NCBI GenBank assembly: GCA_028534125.1
Contig: CM052818.1
Coordinates: 26,910,001-26,974,000 of the forward strand
Reading direction: 5' to 3'
Origin: Lama glama
Taxonomy: Eukaryota
Length of the DNA: 64,000 nucleotides
This document shows positions 1 to 11,270 of this stretch, one piece after another. The notes beneath the pieces are model-generated. The model saw only the letters and a list, made by a program, of their open reading frames with translations, made no database searches and was not told where the DNA came from. The translations under genes and the position numbers were made by a program. The first letter of the stretch is position 1, and each line of letters begins with the position of its first letter.

Positions 1-53
1 GACCAGCCTTTTCACAAGATACCCCATCAGACATAATAGCAAAAGCTTGCCAG
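1..53 (+). CDS. HEATR5B: HEATR5B coding exon (3' part; truncated by window start)
   Basis: Reads (R)PAFSQDTPSDIIAKACQ, then donor CAG|GTGAGA at 54; phase 0 joins the next exon in frame. Confidence 0.88.
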
Positions 54-2139
54 GTGAGAAGAAAAATAGTGTTTTCTATAGTGATCTTCTATAAAGTCAT
101 AGATATCTTACAGTTTCACTTCCAAGAAAGAAGAGAGAAAAATCAAACAGTATTTATTTTTATCTCATAAATACAGCAGTGAGTTTCCTTTTTATTCTGT
201 GTGAAATGATGAAGTAGTAACTATTAATTTCATCCTTTTTTTTTTTTTTCCCCTGTAGCTGAGGACACAACTCTGGAATTAATAGCTATCCCAGTAGTAA
301 ACAGAGATGTGAAAGTCATAAGAGGGACTAGAATAAAAGTAAAATCTCAAAATACACAATAATTAAAGAATATAGAGTAACGATAATTAGGTAATAAAAG
401 ATTTTTTTGACCACAGGTTGTGAAAGATTTTGCAAGTTTCTGTGTATTAAATTATCCTAAAGAGAATTTTACAATATAGAAATTTCATTGCAAAGTTAAT
501 CCTAGGAAATTATTCTTGTATTATCTTATCTGAAGAGAGTTACAAAAGCACATATGTTCCTACACGTTTAATAAGTTCATCTTTTTCATGCCTCATCCTG
601 AAAAAGGATTCGTATATTAAACTGTATTCTTGCAGTAAATCTGGTTCTTTATCTGCTTTCCTAAGAATAGAAGAGAAGGAACTCTGCCTTTCCCAGTTTT
701 CTGGAGTACAGGACTGTAGTCCGTCATTATTGCTTAGAATCCATAATCAAGCTACATGTTGCCTCTGTGCAGAGAATGATCTGCTGTTTGCAGTGATAGG
801 TTTGAAATTCTGACTTTGCTCTTTGTGGCCGAGTGAGTTCCCTCTTACTCTGTTGTTAGTATTTATTTCTCTGAAGTCTGCTGTCTAATGGTGGCCTTCA
901 GAGAAATGAACTCCTCCCAACAACAGCAGACCAGAGAGAGAAGAGGGAGCCTTGTTTGAGACAGAGGTCTGTGGATCTCGGTACATACTTTACCATGTTT
1001 GAGTAGGTAAGTCATTTGGATTGGGATACTGGCATATAAACATCAGAAATCACAGTCATGTATAAATAAATGTATCATGATAATGTTTCAGATCATAATA
1101 TTTAAGCAGATAAAACCTCCTACAAAGCTCCTGATCATTAGAAAAGCAAAGGCTATTTGAATTTCATCTTGTGAATGAGTAGTATGGAATTTGCCTTAAA
1201 CTTCTTATTTCTTATGTGGCCCTAGCTGCTTTTTCTGTAAGAGGTTTCTTCGTTACCAGGGGCAGGTTTAATTAAATTTTTGACCTCCTATCCTGTTTCT
1301 GGGAGGAAAGGTGGTTTTGAAACAGGTGGAATATTAGGTTGCAAGTTCCTTTCTTAAGATTATGAAAGGAGTTGGCTTTGGGCAGATCATGAAACATGGC
1401 ATCCCAGCTTGTTTACTAGAATAAACATCATGTTGAACCTGAAAATCAAATAATTCTTAGATAGTATAGGAAAAGTCTCAAATGTCTTCAGTTGAGGATA
1501 ATTAGGGACAGTGGGTTAATAAAAAATCATTTAAAGCAGGTTGGAATCATAAACATAATACATACTTTAAATATTTTATTTCAGCTTAAAATTTATAAAT
1601 GTACATTCATTTATTCACCACTCTTCTGATAAAAGGCTAAAGTGTTTTCTCTGAGTATGATTTTGCTGATTCAGTGTTGCTTTGTTCTTCTTCATAGTCC
1701 ATACCCATAATGTGGTAATTACAGTTTCTAATTTCATGTTCTTAAAGTGGAGAAAGTACTTAGGTTTTTGCAAAGCAAGCTTAGGTCCAAATTCTCAATC
1801 TTGACAGTTTTTCCCAATTTTTAATTATATTTCTACTAAAATTCACAGACATATTTGTCATGTCTTTCAAATATGTTATTTTCCTTAGAAATAAGAACTC
1901 TTAATTTTCACACTCATATTTAATCTCTTTTCACTTTAAATTTCATTGTATGTTCAGTAATGTATTTTCAGTTTTGACTGGCTTTTTTTTTTTGCCATCA
2001 GTATTGGTAGCAATCAATTTTTAAATGTCCTTATTGATTTTTATTCAGTTTAGTTTTGAGTTCTTTGAGAATAAGTTTATAAAAGAATGAAATAATTTAT
2101 ACATATATTTATTCTCACCTTTTAAAAAGTTTTAAACAT

Positions 2140-2370
2140 AGGTACACAATCCGTTAACCATGACTTAATAATGAAATGCTCTGAAAACCAGCTTTTTAAT
2201 AATTTATTTGGTAGCAAAACCTGAGCTGACTGTACTCACTTGGCCCTGACTTGGCCCTGATGAAGCTGAGTGAGATGATAGTATTGATTGATCTCTCTTA
2301 GTGTGATTCCTACTGCATTTCATTATGGAAATATCCATGTATTAATTATGGGGTGCTGCTACACATCTTG
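2140..2370. mobile_element. Ancient DNA transposon remnant (MER46C/Tigger-like)
   Basis: Resembles remembered consensus segments (gctctgaaaac...atttggtagcaaaacctga...ggggtgctgc); heavily diverged. Confidence 0.35.
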
Positions 2371-2499
2371 CTTTATTCCTTAATTAAGTTCATATACCTT
2401 ATTACCTTTTACCAAAAGTGGTGAATTGTGCAGCACATCTTGGCCTAAGGATTTCAGGTAAGAAAGTGAAGACATAACTGTTGAGTAAGTTGGCACTAT

Positions 2500-4068
2500 C
2501 AAATATCTTCTCCCATTCAGTAGGTTGTCTTTTCATTTTGTCAGTGGTTCCCTTTGCTGTGTAAAAGCTTTTCAATTTAATTAGGTTCCATTTGTTTATT
2601 TTTGCTTCGTTTCCTTTGCTTGAGGAGACAGATCCAAAAAGTACTGCTACAATTTTTGTCAAAAGTTCTGCCTATATTTAACCTCTAGGAATTTTACAGT
2701 ATCTAGTCTTACATTTAGATCTTTAATCCATTTGAGTTTATTTTTGTGTATGCTGTTAGAGAATGTTCTAATTTCATTATTTTACATGTAGCTGCCCGTT
2801 ATCCCAGCACCACTTACTGAAGAGACTTTCTTTTCTCCACTGTATATTCTTGCCTCCTTTGTCATCAGTTAATTGACCATAAGTGTGTGGGCATATTTCT
2901 GGGCTCTATGTTCTGTTCCACTCATGTATGTATCTGTTTCTGTGCCAGTACTGTACTGTGTAACTTTGTAGTATAGTCTGAAGTCTGAGAGCATGATTCC
3001 TCTAGCTCTGTTCTTCTTTCTCAAGATTGTTTTGGCTATTTGTGGTCTTTTTTGTTTTCATGCAAATTTTAAAATTATTTGTTCTAGTTCTGTGAAAAAT
3101 GCCTTTGGGATTGCATTGAATCTATAGATAGCCTTGAGTGGTATGTTCATTTTAACAATACTGATTCTTCCAGTCCAGGAACATGGTATATCTTTTCATC
3201 TATTTGTGCTATCTTCAGTTTCTTTCGTCAGTGTCTTATAGTTTTCCAAGTGCAGGTCTTTACCTCCTTAGATAGGTTTATTCTTAGGTTTTTTATTATT
3301 TTTGATGTGATAATAGCGGGATTGTTTCCTTAATTTCTTTTTCTGATATTCCCTTGTCAGTATATAGAAATGCAACGTATTTCTGGAGTTTAGTTTTGTA
3401 CCCTGCAACTTGACCAGATTCATTGATGAGCTCTAGTAGCTTTCTGGTGGTGTTTTTAGGATTTTCTGTGTATAATATCATGTCATCTGCAGACAGTGAC
3501 AGTTTTACTTCTTCCTTTCCAGTTTGGATTTCTTTTATTTCTTTTTCTTCTCTGATTACTATAGCTAAGACTTCCAAAACTGTGTTGAGTAATAGTGGTA
3601 AGAGTAGACATCCTTGTCTTATTCTTGATTCTAGAGGGAATGCTTTCAGCTTTTCACTACTGAGTGTGATGTTAGCTGTTCATTTGTCATAAATGGCCTT
3701 TATTATGTTGAGATATGTTCCCTCTCTGCCCACTTTCTAGAGAGTTTTTATCATAAATGAATGTTGAATTTTATCAAAAGTTTTTTCTGCATCTATTGAG
3801 ATGATCATACAGTTTTTATTCTTCAGTTTGTTAATGTGGTGCATCGCATTAATTGATTTGTGGATACTGAAAAATCTTTACATCCCTGGGATAAATCCCA
3901 CTTGTTCGTGGTGTATGATCCTTCTGATTCAGTTTACTAATATTTTGTTGAGGATTTTTGCATCTAATTCATCAGTAATAATTGGCCTATAATTTTCCTT
4001 TCTTAGCATGTCATTGTCTGGTTTTGATATCAGGGTGATGCTGGCCTCGTAGAATGAGTTTGGAAGTG
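2500..4068 (-). mobile_element. LINE-1 ORF2 (RT region) fragment, antisense
   Basis: Minus-strand translations give L1 ORF2 motifs: [52 protein letters not shown]...[11 protein letters not shown] and [12 protein letters not shown]; multiple frameshifts. Confidence 0.95.
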
Positions 4069-4266
4069 ATAGATTTTTGGGCAAGTTGTTTCCATTAAAA
4101 CGTACTGATTTTAAAAACTAGTAACTTAAAACTACTACACAAAACAAATGGTAGACAGCCTAGTGAATGGGAGAAGATATTTGCAAATGACATGGCCAAT
4201 AAGAGGTTAATATCTAACATATGTAAACAGCTCATACAACTCAACATCAAAAAAACAACCAGATTT

Positions 4267-4430
4267 GGGGGGAGGGTATAGCACAGTGGTAGAGCACATG
4301 CTTAGCATGCACAAAGTCCTGGGTTCAATCCTCAGTACTTCCTCTAAAAATAAATAAGTAAGCCTAATTACTTCCACCACCTGCCCCCCCAAAATAAAGT
4401 TAAAAATAAATGAAAGAATTAAAAAAAAAG
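4267..4430 (+). mobile_element. tRNA-derived SINE (camelid vic-1-like) nested in L1
   Basis: Head GGGGGGAGGGTATAGCACAGTGGTAGAG (A box), GGTTCAATCC (B box), A-rich tail; target-site duplication (TSD) CAACCAGATTT at 4256-4266 and 4431-4441. Confidence 0.9.
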
Positions 4431-4988
4431 CAACCAGATTTAAAAGTGGGCAGAAGAACTGAATAGACATTTCTCTAAAGAGGAAATGCAGATGGCCAAT
4501 AGTCACATGAAAAGATGCTCAGCCATTGCTAACCGTCAGGGAAATGCAAATTAAAACCACAATAAGATATCACCTCACACTGGTCAGAATGGCCATCATC
4601 AAAAAGAACACAAATAACAAATGGTTGGTGAGGATGTGGGTGGAGAAAAGGGAACCCTTGTACACTGTTGGTGGAAATATAAATTGGTGCAGCTAGCATG
4701 GAAAACAGTATGGAATTTCTCAAAAAACTAAAAATAGAATTGCCATATGACCCAGCAATTCCACTCTTGGATATATATCTGAAAAAAACAAAAACACTAA
4801 TTCAAAAAGATACATGCACCTCATTGCTGATAGCAGTATTTATTATTTACAGTTGCCAAGATATGGAAGCAACCTAAGCATCTGTCAGTAGATGAATGGA
4901 CAGAGAAGCTGTGGTATACACACACACACATACAAGCACACACGCACACACAATGGAATGCTACTCAGCCATGGAAAAGAATGAAATT

Positions 4989-5060
4989 GTATTTATTTTA
5001 AATTGAAGTATAGTCAATTTACAATGTTTTAATTTCTTGTGTACAGCATAATGTTTCAGT
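4989..5060 (-). mobile_element. 72-bp 5'-truncated L1 3' end nested in L1
   Basis: Same motif as 28310-28482 (aattgaagtatagtcaatttacaatg...cagcataatgtttcagt); exact TSD AAGAATGAAATT at 4977-4988 and 5061-5072. Confidence 0.85.
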
Positions 5061-5419
5061 AAGAATGAAATTTTGCCATTTGCAGCAACATAGATGGAGT
5101 TGGAGGATATTATGCGAAGTGAAATAAGCCAGACAGAGGAAGACAAATACTGTATAATATCACTTATATGTGGAATCTAAGAAATGCAACAAGCTAGTAA
5201 ATAAAACAAAAAAGAAGCAGACTCATGGATGTAGAGAACAAACTAGTGGTTACCAGTGGGGAGAAGGGAGGGGGAGGGGCAATACAGAGGTAGGGGGGGA
5301 AAGGGTTGTTATGGGATTATATGAAATCATGTATGTGAAACTTTTGAAAATGGTAAAGCATTGTAGAATTTAAAAAATCTTTTATTGAATTGGAAAAAAA
5401 AAAAAGAAGCACTATGAGA

Positions 5420-6560
5420 CCACCCCTTCCTTCTTGACATTCTTTCTTTGGTTCCAGTATCACCACACTTGCCTGGTTTTCCTTTTGCTTTTCTGGCATC
5501 TTCTTTTCAATTTCTTTCATTGTTTATTCTTATTCCACTTGTCTCTTAAGGTTAGTTATTTTCCCTGTGTTCTGTCCTTAAGACTTTTTTTTAAATACTC
5601 AATCCTTGAACAAAGTTACCTAGTACCATTGCTTTAATGACCACTTTGGTGTGAAGGATTCCCAGATCTACATAGTTACCTTTGTCTTTGCTTCTGAATT
5701 CCAGACCCATGTTTCCAACTGTCTGCTGAATACCTTTCAGGTGCCTCTTACTGGTACTTTGAACTCATAATGTCATAATGTTCACAGTCAAAATCATGCT
5801 CTCTTAACTTCCCATCTCCATCACTTTCCTGTGTTCATATGTTATCTCTCTTAAGCAAGGGTGTCACCTTTCTTCCAGTCATCCAACTTAGAAGCTTTGG
5901 CAATCAAAATTTGGTGATCTTTGATTATCACCTCATACTTTTGCATACTGCCCCCTCTCGCTAAATATATGTAATTGATTTCCAAATCCTGCCATTTCTA
6001 CTTCCAAGTCTTTCTCAGATGCCTCTCCCTTTTCATTCCACTCCCAGTTTGAGCCATATTATCTCTGTTCCATGATATAATAATCACATAACTGAACACA
6101 TTGCTTACTGTCTAAATGCATTCTTTCCTATCCTTGGTATTCAATTATTTTTCCTAAAGCACAATTCTAATAATATTCCTCTGCTCAGAAGCCTTGAAAA
6201 CTCATGATTGCCTACAGAACAAGTCTGAATTCAGCTCACATAGAATTTAAATTATACTGTAATGTGATCCCAGTTAACCCTCCTAATCTTGTCTCTTCCT
6301 CCATGAAATGCCCCTGCACCTATACACACAAAACTTCCTGATAGCTAAATATTCCCATTTCTCCTGTCAGAATTAATCTGTTTTTTCTCTTTTTTTAAGT
6401 ATAATATGACATTCATAGAATATTTTCATATGTTCATTTAATCTGTTTACCTGAGTACAGGGACTAAATTTTTTCCCTTTACTTTTTTGTGTTTTTAATC
6501 TCTTTTGTAGCACTCGGAATAACCTTTTGCCTATAATAAACAAATGTTGATGAACTATTC
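5420..6560 (+). mobile_element. Degraded L2 element
   Basis: L2-like motifs (cttctgaattccagacccatgtttccaactgtctgctg; end resembling aataaacaaatgttgatgaa); boundaries approximate. Confidence 0.55.
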
Positions 6561-6856
6561 ATGACTGAACTGATTTAGAGATTTTTTCCTGTTAAAATTT
6601 TTGTGAAATTAGACAATGGAAACATGATAAGTAAATATTGTTTTGTTTTCCACATTACAATAAATTCCGTAATACTTGCTGTTGATTTTTCATTAAAAAA
6701 TATTAAAATATAGTGTTGAGATTTTTTTGTTTTGTTTTGTTCACTTGTTTTGTTTTTGTATTTCTTCTCCTAGGGGAAAAATCATATTTATTCTATTCTC
6801 TTACATGTTTAATGCTAACTTTTTAATATAAAATTAATATTTTTTTCTCTGGCTAG

Positions 6857-7057
<201 letters not shown>

Positions 7058-8289
7058 TAATCATTTCTCCATCCATGAGCAAATGTTTTTATATTCCTCT
7101 TAGTTAAAAATGAAGTTGTTTCTTTTTTTTTTTATTTTAACTGACCTTTGGTATGGAATTTTTTTTGAAAATCAGTTATTTGCTCTTTCTCACTGAAATA
7201 CATATACATTTCTGTCTTAAAAAACTTATGGAACCTTTGAAAATTATATTTTCAATCAGTTTTTTGAAAACATCTATATTGAACAAGGGCTCTTCTTACT
7301 ATGAAAAAATTAGGCAGAGAAAACTTGCGAATATAAATAATAGAAAAATTTTATGCCAAGAATCTTTTATTTGATTAAATTTCAGGAGACTTGCCACCAT
7401 GGATCAATACTGAGGCTACAGGGTTTTTTGTTTGCTTGTATGTTTTATTTTTTAACAGCTGGTTTTACCACTTTAATTCCCACAGCCACTTTTAAAAAAT
7501 AATGATACTGTTTTAAATTGACTTTTCTAAATTCCTTCTGCTAGTTGCTTTCAAATTCTTATCGTCTGTACTCAGGTATTTCAAGTAGCTCTTTATTCCT
7601 TCTTCGGCCAACCCAGTATCTCACTTCCCTATTTCCATGGTATCAGCAGCCTGTGACCACCTAATAGGTAATTGCTGGCTCAAAGAATGTGACATCCAGA
7701 TGACAATAGTTTATATAAAAACCCCTGGGTTTTTGTGGATTTTTGTTTGTCACAGAAGGGAAAATAGAGCAATAAGGTATTGTGGAAATTAGTTTTTCTC
7801 TCTGATTTTTAGATCAAGTTGTTTGCATAGAGCATCCTTGAATGTTCCTTTATTTTACCCTGATGCCATTTTTTTGGCTTAGACAAGTAAAATATTTGCA
7901 TTGATAAAATGTTTGTTCTTATTAATAAAATTTTAGTTTTTTCAAATTAATGCAAATCAATAATTTTAGGTGGACAGTAGTTAGATACTATAATATGATT
8001 GTTTTCTCACTTTGAAATTAATAGAAACTCTTTAATTTTCACATATCTAATTGTTAACTAAAACTTACTACTACTTTTCTTGTCTCTAGAAATTACATTC
8101 CAGTTGATTGAGTGATTTTTTTTATTTAAAAAAAATAGCTTCCAAATTTGTTCTTAATTCCCCAACCCCATTTATTATTTCCCCTAAATGAAGAGACCAT
8201 TATGTAGTTGGATGATCATAAGATCATTTGCCAATTAGCTGGTTCTCTGCTGACTTGCATTTGATTCACCTACCAGGAAGTCTGGCGTA

Positions 8290-8500
8290 GTTCAGTATAA
8301 ACAGCATTAAATGTTGAATTAAAGGCCCTAGAACAAGTTCTGTCTTTATAATTTACCATCTTTGTGACTTTGGTCAAGTGATTTGATCTCTCAGATCCTC
8401 AGTTTTTTTTTTATTATTACATGGAAATACAGTAGTATCTTCATGTAAGGTGATGTATATAAAAAGTCCAAGCATTGCATCTGGCACAGAATGGAAGATA
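8290..8500. mobile_element. MIR SINE remnant
   Basis: Core tgtgactttggtcaagtgatttgatctctcagatcctcagttt. Confidence 0.6.
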
Positions 8501-9109
8501 AATAATTGGTTTTTAGAAGTTTAGAAGTTAGAAGTTAAAACCTCAACTAAATTATTAATGCACATTTTAATTTGAAACTCTTTTCTTATTGTGGGGTAAC
8601 TTGGTTGTATTATTTTAAATGATTTGCACCTCAAGCCTCAGCCTGTGATGTTATCTAAGCTATTCTCCTTGCTTAGCTTCCTTTCCTGAGTCCTTTTCCT
8701 CAAAGGCCCAGCACATTCTAGTTTTCTCTACTCAAGGTCTATCTTTGCTTCTACTTTTTTACTCAGAAAATTGAGGATGTTCGTTTTCCAACTCTAGAGA
8801 TTGTTACTTCAAATTCAAGTCTTTGTATTTATATAAGTTGATCACTGTTCTTTTACCTGTGTGACCTTTGATGGATTATTTAACTGCTTCTCTAAACCTG
8901 TTTTCTCAACTCTCAAGTATGGATAATAATTATGTACATTTCATGGGATTATATTGTGAAGTAAAAGAGGTAATAATGACTTTCTCAATACCCAACCCAT
9001 TAAGCATGCACAATGAATGTTATCAGCTGTGATTAATATAATAATTATTATTATTTTAAAGTTTTCCCGTAACCCAGGATTACCTTTTCTCATTCTCTTA
9101 CCTCCCACT

Positions 9110-10400
9110 CTCTGATTCATTCAACAAAGTGTTATTGAACACCAGCTCTGTGCCAGGGTAGCAGTTGAGAATACACTGGTGAACTTGACAAATGTTCTAC
9201 TTTTACTGAGGAAGACAAACTAGTGGACAAGTGTATGCAACAGAAATATTGAGCGTTATCATAGGAGAAGTACAGACTGTTGTGAACACATGACAGAGGC
9301 ACCTAGAACAGTCTGGGGGTTCAGAGGAGGCTTCTTGGAGAGAGTGATACTTGAGTTGAGACCTGGAAGATGAGAGTGGGTGTTAGTAGGCATGACTCAG
9401 GATGGGGCTGTTCCAGGCTTCGGGCTATCAGGTATGTGGCCCCTCTGTGTGCTTTCAGCGTCTCCTTCTACGTGCTCTTTTTCCTTGCCTACATTCTCCC
9501 CTGACTCAGCTGCTGCTTCTGCATACTCACCTCTTCCCATCTCAGTTGCACTGAAGTAGTTCAGTATCTTCATATCCTCCACTCTTTAGTCACCTGCTTT
9601 TCGGTCCTCTGCAGTCTGGGTTTACTCTCACCATTCCATTGAAATTACTTCACTAAAATTGCAAATATTGTAATTCTCCACGTCACTGGACACTTTTCAG
9701 CCTCTTTCTTATTTGGCCTCTCTACAGCCTGTGATGTTGTGTCCTCTGGAAATCCATTGTTCTCCTTGACTTCTGTGACACTACTGCCTTGGTTCTGCTC
9801 TTTCCTTTTCATTGTTCCTTATCAACCTCACTTGCTAGCTTCTCTTAGCCTACCTGCTTTTTAAAAGTTGGTATTTTCCTTGTCCCTCTTCTCATTCTTC
9901 ATACTTTTTCTTAATTCAATTATAGTTGAAGTACAATATTATATGAGTTACAGGTGTACAGTATAGTGATTCACAATTTTAAAGGTTATACTGCATTTAC
10001 AGTTACTATTAAATATTGGCTACAGGCCCCCTGTTATAGTATTCATTCTTCATTCTTTCTGGGCTGTCTCATCCATACCCATGCCCTATAGCTTTTACTT
10101 GTATATTAAAGATTCTAAATCTACTTTTTCACCCAAAGCTCTCTCCTAAATTCCAGTCCCTTATTTTTGTCTGTTTATGGAACATCTCCACTTGAATGAC
10201 CCATAGCTACCACATACCCTACATGTCTAAAATAAGGTATCTGTTTTCTCATTCCCCTTTTTCCCCCCTTATCCCTACTAATGGTCCTGCCTTCTGTCTT
10301 CAGACCAGAACCTAGGTATCAGTCATGACTACTTCTTTTTCCTCAAACCCCCTCATCTTACATCTACTTAGTAACTCAGGTTCCTATTTATTTTACTTCA
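9110..10400. mobile_element. L2 fragments (antisense 3' end, then sense body)
   Basis: attcattcaacaaagtgttattgaacaccagctctgtgccagg is a typical L2 3' end on the minus strand; the downstream CT-rich sequence is L2-like. Confidence 0.6.
9908..10042 (-). mobile_element. Short L1 3' end insertion
   Basis: tatagttgaagtacaatattatatgagttacaggtgtacagtatagtgattcacaatttt; TSD TCATTCTTCAT(A/T)CTTT at 9892-9907 and 10043-10058. Confidence 0.8.
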
Positions 10401-11036
10401 TTAATATGTTGAAAAATAATGTAATTTTGTTCTGATAATAAGAGTCCATATGCTCACTACGCAAATTCAGAATGTAGAGAAAAAGTATAAAAAAGAAAAT
10501 AAAGCTAATCTGTAATCTTATCACCCAGAGGTGACTACTGCTAATATGTTGGTATATATTACTATGCATATGTACACATATAAATCATTTATATGTCTGT
10601 ATAATGGGTGTGTATGTATATGTGTGTATCTATCTATATCTTTAGTTTCAAAATAAAAATGGAATCTCTTTCAATGTAGCAACTATCTTTTTAATTTAGC
10701 AATAGATCATTTATACCTTTTCCATCTCTATATATTTGTTCTCTTTCCCCACTGCCTTAGAGTCCTCATCATCTGCCACCTATTCTATGCAATTTGCATC
10801 CTGATTTGTTTTTTTTTCTACTACTAGTCTCCTTCCTCCCCCCAGTTCCCACACAGATTCTCACAATAATCATTCTAAAATGCAAATTTGGGCAAATAAT
10901 ATGAACTGATAATTCACAAAGAGGAAACCAAGCTACAAATAAACATATGAGGGGAGGAGATAAAAAACATTTCTCAACTAAATTAGCATGATTCTTTAAA
11001 TGATAGTATCAGTAAAACTCTTCTAAAGGATGATTA

Positions 11037-11270
11037 CAGTTGACCTTGAATAATGCCGGAGTTAGGGGCATAGACCCTCCACGTAGTCAGAAATCTGCCT
11101 GTAACTTACAGTCAGCCCTCTATGTATGTGATCCCTCTGTATATTCGTGGTTCCACATTCGTGGATTCAATAACTGTGGATCGTGCAGTACTGTAGTATT
11201 GACTATTGAACAAAATTCGTGTATAAGTGGATTCGCACAGTTCAAACCTATGCTTTTCAAGGGTCAACCA
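11037..11270 (-). mobile_element. MER8/Tigger2-type MITE (TcMar DNA transposon)
   Basis: Terminal inverted repeats TA|CAGTTGACCTTGAA ... TTCAAGGGTCAAC; opposite orientation to the copy at 57121. Confidence 0.8.

Larger units (their letters stand above)
4140..5405 (+). mobile_element. LINE-1 ORF2 C-terminus plus 3' UTR and poly(A), sense
   Basis: Contains gaatgggagaagatatttgcaaat, ccatatgacccagcaattccact, a G-rich 3' UTR tract at 5277-5305 and an A-tail at about 5394-5405. Confidence 0.93.

Noticed and set aside
2402..5373. ORFs with reverse-transcriptase-like peptides as an active retroelement or novel RT system
   Set aside because: Fragmented, frameshifted L1 ORF2 with no ORF1 or promoter; the catalytic motif reads SADD in place of FADD.
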